Shown here: piece after piece, positions 6,711-11,853 of the stretch
How positions within the stretch are numbered: position 1 is the first letter of the stretch
Layout: each line of letters begins with the position of its first letter
NCBI GenBank assembly: GCA_038248345.1
Contig: JBBRXO010000086.1
Coordinates: 1 to 11,853 of the forward strand
Origin: Armatimonadota bacterium
Lineage (GTDB): Bacteria; Armatimonadota; Hebobacteria; CAIYQO01
Direction of reading: 5' to 3'
Length of the DNA stretch: 11,853 bases
Translations under genes and position numbers: made by a program
The notes under the pieces: model-generated
What the model was told of the DNA's origin: nothing
Seen by the model: the letters and a program-made list of their open reading frames with translations, nothing else
Databases searched by the model: none

Positions 6711-7328
6711 TCAATAACTACCATACAGATCACCTTTTGCATCCAGTCCAGTAGGATACGGAAAACTAATCGTTCCCGTGGGGGAATATGTCCAATGATC
6801 TTTGATGACGCTTGATTTTACATATGGATTGGGATTGATATTGCTACCGTTTATGCCGTGTGGGGTATATATAAAGACTTCAACGTATGGTCCCTTATAG
6901 GTGCCAGATGATAGATAAGCTGGTGGATTTGCATACGGGAAAGTGATATCGGTTAACTCGCGCGGGTACTGGCCAGTGTCATTTTTGAACTGTATAACAG
7001 CATCACGTAAGGTTAGAAGATTAATTTTTAGTGTACGATCGCGCTGCCAATGCGAGTTGCTAATCTCTGTTTGAACAAAATCGATGATAAAGAGAATGCC
7101 AATAGACGCAAAAATGCTCCCCAAAGTAATGCCTGTAATAGCCGAACCCTTCCCCGATTCTTTTCCATTACTTTTAGCGATCTGTTTAAGCGCTTTGATA
7201 CCACAAATGACCGCTGGTATGGCTGTTAACGCAAAAGTGGGAAACTAATACAAACCCAGCAATAAAGCGGAATGAGCAAGGTCATTCTCTGATACTTTTA
7301 CTTCGTCTTCTTCTGGCTTCGTATCCAT
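6711..7328 (-). pseudogene. DUF4190-domain membrane protein fused to a GspG/pseudopilin-like domain, interrupted by an in-frame TAG at codon 28
   Basis: ATG 7328 with AAGGA RBS reads MDTKPEEDEVKVSENDLAHSALLLGLY*FPTFALTAIPAVICGIKALKQIAKSNGKESGKGSAITGITLGSIF..., in frame with the 6711..7124 ORF. TAG is at 7247-7245. C-terminal NLLTLRDAVIQFKNDTGQYPRELTDI...YKGPY...NPY resembles GspG. Visibly AT-rich. Confidence 0.8.
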
Positions 7329-7364
7329 CTGAAATATCCTTCCCCAGACAACCGAAAGAAATAT

Positions 7365-8498
7365 CTATCGTCGTCCCGGCTTCACGCACAATTTCGCTAC
7401 CAGCATCTCTAGGCCCAGCTCCATCTCCTGGCGGGGGACGCCTTCTACCGCTTTGCCGGCCATGTCGCACTCCAGCAGCATGGTGTAGACGTGGGTGAGC
7501 TGATCCCAGCTCATGTTGCGGGCGGGGCCGGCAAGCTTGCTACCCATAAAGCCGCCAATTTGACCCAGCATATTGGCCTCGGGGAGGAGCGCCACCGCTT
7601 GCGGGTAGCTGGCGGTAGTGCCACGAGGCTTCCAGCCGTGGTCGAGCATCACTTTGGTCTGCCAGATCATGCGGAATTGCCGCACCAGCAGCGGGAAGAT
7701 GCGGTGGGGTGACTCCAGTTGTCCCTCAATAAGATCGCGAAAAACCGCCATCGCGGTGGCGGCATCGCCGCTGGCCACGGCGTCGGTGAGGCGGAAGACG
7801 CTCTCCTCCGCCAGTTTGGGGGTGATCAGCTCCACATCCTTGAGGGTGATCTTTTTGCGGTCGCCGATGAGGAGCGAGAGTTTGTCCACTTCGATCTGCA
7901 ACCGACGCAGCTCCGCACCGGCACGGGTGAGCAGCAGGTGCAGCGCGCCCGGCTCAATCGTCTGCCCCCATTCGCGCAGCGTCTCCGTCACCCAGTCGCC
8001 CGCTTCCGCCTCGGTGAGGGGGGAGCAATCGTAGACCACGCCGTGCTTATCCGCCGCCTTCTGCAGGTCCCCACCCACCTTGGTCGCCTTGCCGGTCTCA
8101 CCTGCGCTTGTTATCAGCACGAGATGGTTGGAGGCCGGCACGGTCGCCGCCGCCGCCGCCAGCTTTTTCTGCTGGTCATTCGGCAACAGGTCGATGTTGC
8201 GTATAATGATCAACCGGTCGCCCAGAAAGGGCAACTCACACGCCAACGCCAATATGCGATCACAGCGCAACGGCTGCCGCTCGCGCTTCGCAGCCTCCGC
8301 CGTATCCGACACTCCGTCCCAGCGCTCGGTGACATCCAACTGCTCGCAATTGAAGTCGTCACCATCCGCCAGCAACTGCTTGCGCAGCCGCTCGGAGAGC
8401 GTGCGCTTCAGATGCTCCTCGCCCCCCTGCACCAGCAACCACGTCCCCTGTACGGGCACATCACCGGTCTTCGCTATCTGGCTGGATTTGATGTTCAT
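7365..8498 (-). CDS. holA: DNA polymerase III subunit delta
   Basis: LLVQGGEEHLK, ELPFLGDRLIIIRN, ELRRLQIEVDKLSL, ITLKDVELI, ESVFRLTDAV, LLVRQFR, LLECDMAGK, LEMLVAKLC; 377 aa. Confidence 0.92.
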   Translation of the reverse strand: MNIKSSQIAKTGDVPVQGTWLLVQGGEEHLKRTLSERLRKQLLADGDDFNCEQLDVTERWDGVSDTAEAAKRERQPLRCDRILALACELPFLGDRLIIIRNIDLLPNDQQKKLAAAAATVPASNHLVLITSAGETGKATKVGGDLQKAADKHGVVYDCSPLTEAEAGDWVTETLREWGQTIEPGALHLLLTRAGAELRRLQIEVDKLSLLIGDRKKITLKDVELITPKLAEESVFRLTDAVASGDAATAMAVFRDLIEGQLESPHRIFPLLVRQFRMIWQTKVMLDHGWKPRGTTASYPQAVALLPEANMLGQIGGFMGSKLAGPARNMSWDQLTHVYTMLLECDMAGKAVEGVPRQEMELGLEMLVAKLCVKPGRR

Positions 8499-8538
8499 TA
8501 CGAGTCACTTCCCAAGTCGCTAGTCGCTAGTCTATTTA

Positions 8539-8694
8539 CCACCCCCTGAAGGAGGTGGCTAACAACTGCAAGTACGCTAAAGCGCACTATCATGCAATTC
8601 CGAAAAGTCCGCGAAGGCGGACGACCGGCTCGTCTCGTCCGCCGAAGCCAGGATGGCTAAGGAGGAAGCGCCCTGCAGCGGGGATTTCAATCCC
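8539..8694. repeat. Cluster of five hairpins (REP/BIME-like mosaic)
   Basis: CCACCcCCtgaaGGaGGTGG (8539-8558), AGTaCGCTaaAGCGcACT (8571-8588), GTCCGCgaagGCGGAC (8607-8622), TCCgCCgaAGCCAggaTGGCTaaGGaGGA (8638-8666), GGGATTtcAATCCC (8681-8694). Confidence 0.7.
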
Positions 8695-8703
8695 AGCGGC
8701 AAC

Positions 8704-8928
8704 TTAAGCTGCGAATTCACGAATTTCTACGACGGTTCCCTGAAGTATTGCGGCATTAACGGTTTTTTCCACTTGTGCCATAGTTATCCCATCAATGTAA
8801 TCTGCTCCGCAAGTCTGGCAAATATTTGCCGGGACATGGCGCAAGACAATCGTCATGTTATTCCGATCAACAGTGACAGTAGTACTGCCGGCGGCCAATT
8901 CTCCATGTTTACACATTACGCATTTCAT
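8704..8928 (-). CDS. YgiT-type zinc-finger protein (MqsA-family antitoxin-like, no HTH)
   Basis: 74 aa MKCVMCKHG...TTVTVDRNNMTIVLRHVPANICQTCGADY...VEIREFAA with two CxxC motifs. RBS GGAGGTG (8941-8935) supports ATG 8928 over 8964. Confidence 0.9.
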   Translation of the reverse strand: MKCVMCKHGELAAGSTTVTVDRNNMTIVLRHVPANICQTCGADYIDGITMAQVEKTVNAAILQGTVVEIREFAA

Positions 8929-8978
8929 TATTGACACCTCCGAACAAAATCTGGAGCATACCATAATTTCGGATCAAT
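8928..8978 (-). pseudogene. 3' remnant of a DUF4258-type toxin partner gene
   Basis: Reads IDPKLWYAPDFVRRCQ*, and its TAA overlaps the zinc-finger ATG (TAATG). It resembles the DPxxWxxDFxxRR tail of DUF4258 proteins that usually precede YgiT-type fingers. Similarity ends at the repeat at 8983. Confidence 0.6.
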
Positions 8979-8982
8979 CGTC

Positions 8983-9122
8983 CCCCGGGCGTTGCCCGGG
9001 GCTATGGTATTATTCTCTCTTATTGCCTCTGTCCGTATCAAGTCGTTATTAAGATCACGGGCTAATACGATTTGTAAACAATCACCCTGGATAAATATTT
9101 AAGCCTCGGGCAACGCCCGGGG
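8983..9122. repeat. Inverted doublet of 21-bp palindromic REP-like units (REPIN/BIME-like)
   Basis: CCCCGGGCgttGCCCGGGGCT (8983-9003) and the reverse complement of 9102-9122 match 20/21, with a 98-bp AT-rich spacer. Confidence 0.85.
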
Positions 9123-9138
9123 TTTCGGTAATCATTCT

Positions 9139-10632
9139 CTACCCACCTACCGTCACCCGATCCGCCCCCAACGTCGCCACGCGCTTCCAGTCTGTCGCTT
9201 GTTCGTAGGCGTGGGCCACTTGCAGGATGGTGGCCTCGTCCCAGTGTGCGCCCATTATCTGCAGGCCTACGGGCATGCCGTTGTCGTAGCCGCAGGGGAT
9301 GCTGATGCTGGGGGTGCCGGCCATGTTCACCGGGATGGTGCAGATGTCATTAAGATACATCTGGATGGGATCATCCATTTTGGTGTTGAATTGGAAGGCA
9401 ATGCTCGGTGCGGTGGGGCTGATGAGCACGTCATACTTGGTGAACGCCTGCTCGAAGTCGCGGCGGATGAGCGTGCGCACCTGGCTGGCCTTAAGGTAAT
9501 AGGCGTCGTAATAACCGCTGGAGAGCACGTAGGTGCCCAGCATGATGCGGCGCTTTACCTCTGGGCCGAAGGCCTGCTCGCGCGTGGCGGTCATCATCTC
9601 AATGGTGCTGGCTGTGCCCGGAGCACGGTAGCCGAACTCCACGCCATCGTAGCGTGCCAGGTTGCTGCTGGCCTCCGCCGGGGCGATGATATAGTAGGTG
9701 GGCAGGCTGTAGCGCACGTTGGGCAGCGAACATTCCTCGATAATCGCCCCCTGCTCCTCGTAAACCTTCAGCGCGGCGCGCACAGCGGCATTGACCCCGG
9801 CGTCGACAGCAATACCCTCCTGCTCGAAGAACTCTTTCGGCACGCCGATCTTCAGCCCTTTCACGCCGTCGCGCAGCTTGGCGGTGAAGTCCGGCGCAGC
9901 CTCGGGGAAGCTGGTGCTGTCACGGGGGTCAGGCCCGGCGATGGCGTTCAACAGCAACGCCGCATCCTCCACGTCCTTGGTGATGGGGCCAACCTGATCC
10001 AGCGAGGAGGCGAATGCTATCAGCCCATAGCGCGAGACGCGCCCGTAGGTGGGCTTCAGCCCCACCACACCGCAATAGGCCGCGGGCTGGCGGATACTGC
10101 CCCCCGTGTCAGTGCCAATGGCCAGCAGCCCCTCATCTGCACCCATCGCCGCCGCGGAGCCGCCGCTGGAGCCGCCGGGCACGCGCGAGAGATTCCACGG
10201 GTTGTGCGAAGGGCCGAAGGCGGAGTTCTCAGTAGAGGAACCCATGGCGAACTCGTCCATGTTGGTTTTGCCCACGCTCACCACCCCGGCGGCGCGCAGG
10301 CGCTGCACCACGGTGGCATCGTAAGGGGGGATGAAATTCTCCAGCATCTTCGAACAGCAGGTGGTGCGCACGCCCTTGGTACAGAGGATATCCTTCATTG
10401 CCAGCGGTATCCCCGCCAGCGGCCCGATCTCCTCGCCCGCGGCAATCTGTGTGTCTACCGCGTCCGCTTCAGCAGTCGCCGCCTCACGCGTGAGCAATAT
10501 ATAGCTCTTCACCTGCTCATCCACCGCGTCAATGCGCGCGTAGACCGAGTCCAGCAGCTCCCGTGCGGAAACCTCTTTGGCAACCAGCATTTTATGCGCC
10601 GCATGGGCGGTCAAAGTGTATAATTCAGACAT
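9139..10632 (-). CDS. gatA: Asp-tRNA(Asn)/Glu-tRNA(Gln) amidotransferase subunit A
   Basis: [98 protein letters not shown]; 497 aa. Confidence 0.97.
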   Translation of the reverse strand: MSELYTLTAHAAHKMLVAKEVSARELLDSVYARIDAVDEQVKSYILLTREAATAEADAVDTQIAAGEEIGPLAGIPLAMKDILCTKGVRTTCCSKMLENFIPPYDATVVQRLRAAGVVSVGKTNMDEFAMGSSTENSAFGPSHNPWNLSRVPGGSSGGSAAAMGADEGLLAIGTDTGGSIRQPAAYCGVVGLKPTYGRVSRYGLIAFASSLDQVGPITKDVEDAALLLNAIAGPDPRDSTSFPEAAPDFTAKLRDGVKGLKIGVPKEFFEQEGIAVDAGVNAAVRAALKVYEEQGAIIEECSLPNVRYSLPTYYIIAPAEASSNLARYDGVEFGYRAPGTASTIEMMTATREQAFGPEVKRRIMLGTYVLSSGYYDAYYLKASQVRTLIRRDFEQAFTKYDVLISPTAPSIAFQFNTKMDDPIQMYLNDICTIPVNMAGTPSISIPCGYDNGMPVGLQIMGAHWDEATILQVAHAYEQATDWKRVATLGADRVTVGG

Positions 10633-10680
10633 TAAAATATCATCCTATGGATCATTTCAGCGGTGAAAGCCGCGTTGCTA

Positions 10681-10689
10681 ATGATAACA
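10681..10689 (-). promoter_or_regulatory. Putative extended -10 promoter for gatA
   Basis: Minus strand TGtTATCAT about 50 nt upstream of ATG 10632. No clear -35. Confidence 0.4.
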
Positions 10690-10755
10690 CTTTTCAGGTC
10701 TTTAGGTCTGTAGGTTCCTTACCTGTTAAATTCTGAACAACTCGCGTTATGAGTT

Positions 10756-10797
10756 TATCGTGGCATGGGCGTCTCGCCCATGAGAACGGGCAGATAG
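10756..10797 (+). repeat. 42-bp REP-like repeat, copy B (GTGG-tagged hairpin)
   Basis: tatcGTGG-CATGGGCG-tct-CGCCCATG-agaacgggcagatag has a perfect 8-bp stem and is 38/42 identical to 6567-6608. Confidence 0.85.
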
Positions 10798-10861
10798 AGG
10801 AAACTATCATTGAATCGAAGAATAGCGCCCTTCAGAGTACTTGATATTACATGTAGGCCAT

Positions 10862-10905
10862 AGCCAGGATGGCGAGGCTTATAGCCACGTGCTTTTGCGC
10901 GTGGT
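10862..10905. repeat. Degenerate double-hairpin REP-like element
   Basis: Short GCCAggaTGGC hairpin, then TAG-CCACGtGCttttGCgCGTGG-T (10882-10905). The tag-plus-hairpin layout matches the units at 8539-8561 and 8983-9004. Confidence 0.5.
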
Positions 10906-10977
10906 AAATGGCAAGACAATGCGGCGTGGTCTAGTTTGCCGTTGCTGGTCATGTGATATTAAATGACAATGGCAAAA

Positions 10978-11853
10978 TCACTTGTTGATCAGTTTCCCCT
11001 CCCAATCCCATTTACCATCCTTTTCCTGGTCATAGAGCCGGTATACCCCTTTGCTTATGCGGAAATAATGGTCCCGTTGCCCACCGGGGTAGTGCTTCCT
11101 AGATGTATGATTAACGCAATCCTGGATTAGCTGACACCGTACTGTATTGTCATTAGAAGTCGGATACTTGGTTTTTATCTGCTTCACAATATCAATCGGA
11201 GTGAATGTAGTTTCATGGCTATTCTTTGTGAATGCAAGTATCTCATTGTGAATAACATCTTTTACTCTTCCATGACCCAGCGGTGGAATGATCGGGGGAT
11301 CAAACCCGAAAGTCTTTTCGATACTAATTAGATACTCACCATTTTTTGAACGAAGCACCTCATATTCAATATGATGTAGGTTTACAGCATAAGTTTTATG
11401 TAGATATTCTGACACTTTCCTTATGTTAGGTGATATATTTTCCGCAACTATATACAAATTTTGACGTTTATTAAAGTTTATCTCAATGTCACTCTCATCA
11501 TCACTGTTGAAAACATCCTGATATATCTCCCGGAGCGTTTTGCCTGCTTTTGATTCATCTGCTGCATAATAATTACGCGCTAGCTCATTTAGCTTTTCTT
11601 CATTAAGACTGGCCCCCCAAGCGGCATATTCAAGTATCTGAGCGATAACTTCGCGAGGCGTTCGACCCTTCTTCAACTCAACGATAATAAGATCACCAGA
11701 AATATCCACACCTAGCAAATCGGGGTACCTGCCACAATCACCAACATTTGCAGTCACCTGGCGTCCAATCCAGATGACAGTATTTCCACCTTCCTCATCA
11801 TCAAGTAACAAAGAAGGACTATTAACGAGCCAACTCTCGAAGTGCCGCTCGTA
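10978..11853 (-). CDS. NucS/DUF91-like PD-(D/E)xK endonuclease with C-terminal winged-helix-like domain (5' partial)
   Basis: The frame is open to the window edge (YERHFESWLVNSPSLLLDD...). Motifs WIGRQV, PDLLGVDISGDLIIVELKKG, REVIAQILEYAAW. C-terminal TFTPIDIVKQIKTKYP...TVRCQLIQDCVNHTSRKHY...YFRISKGVYRLYD. Visibly AT-rich. Confidence 0.85.
   Translation of the reverse strand, partial: YERHFESWLVNSPSLLLDDEEGGNTVIWIGRQVTANVGDCGRYPDLLGVDISGDLIIVELKKGRTPREVIAQILEYAAWGASLNEEKLNELARNYYAADESKAGKTLREIYQDVFNSDDESDIEINFNKRQNLYIVAENISPNIRKVSEYLHKTYAVNLHHIEYEVLRSKNGEYLISIEKTFGFDPPIIPPLGHGRVKDVIHNEILAFTKNSHETTFTPIDIVKQIKTKYPTSNDNTVRCQLIQDCVNHTSRKHYPGGQRDHYFRISKGVYRLYDQEKDGKWDWEGKLINK

Noticed and set aside
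7245..7247. Genome-wide TAG reassignment (alternative genetic code)
   Set aside because: gatA, holA and the AraC gene end at TAG at the expected lengths, and only one internal TAG was found.
7282..7470. 62-aa minus-strand ORF
   Set aside because: Out-of-frame overlap with the holA 3' end and the DUF4190 gene start.
7719..8549. 276-aa + strand ORF and other ORFs overlapping holA
   Set aside because: Antisense to holA with shadow-like composition.
8653..9052. + strand ORFs 8653..8934 and 8855..9052 as a missing toxin
   Set aside because: Antisense to the zinc-finger gene, starting or ending in repeat DNA, and without toxin motifs.
8539..9122. Hairpin clusters as a CRISPR array, tRNA, T-box or other riboswitch, or integron attC sites
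   Set aside because: No regularly spaced identical repeats, no cloverleaf, no T-box motif seen, and no paired RYYYAAC/GTTRRRY cores bounding the hairpins.
9199..10623. 474-aa + strand ORF
   Set aside because: Antisense shadow of the GC-rich, clearly conserved gatA; no recognisable motifs.
10755..10952. 65-aa ORF upstream of gatA as a possible gatC or leader peptide
   Set aside because: No GatC similarity. It is largely a translation of the hairpin repeats (PRAKARGY; LMGETPMPR).

Overview
Bacterial chromosomal window. The gene content suggests Armatimonadota, but that is inference only. It opens with the right end of a probable IS66 element (transposase C-terminus plus inverted repeat, 1-137), followed by a secreted beta-rich protein on the + strand. 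Everything else is on the minus strand. In transcription order: a 5'-truncated NucS/DUF91-like PD-(D/E)xK nuclease with a C-terminal winged-helix-like domain; a stand-alone gatA; an orphan YgiT/MqsA-type zinc-finger gene preceded by a 16-codon remnant of a DUF4258-type partner; holA; an amber-interrupted DUF4190 + GspG-like gene; a PatA-like class III aminotransferase; and a tightly coupled operon with its own sigma70 promoter (Cys-rich membrane protein, BON-like small protein, gmk, coaBC, PocR-AraC regulator; no rpoZ). Most intergenic gaps contain REP-like hairpin elements of several kinds, including a 42-bp direct repeat upstream of both patA and gatA, an inverted doublet where the toxin gene should be, and a nested hairpin cluster. 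No CRISPR array, tRNA or rRNA was seen. The best candidates for something undescribed are the Cys-rich membrane protein/BON-like pair heading the gmk-coaBC-AraC operon and the hairpin-repeat families. All family calls come from motif recognition by eye, not database searches.
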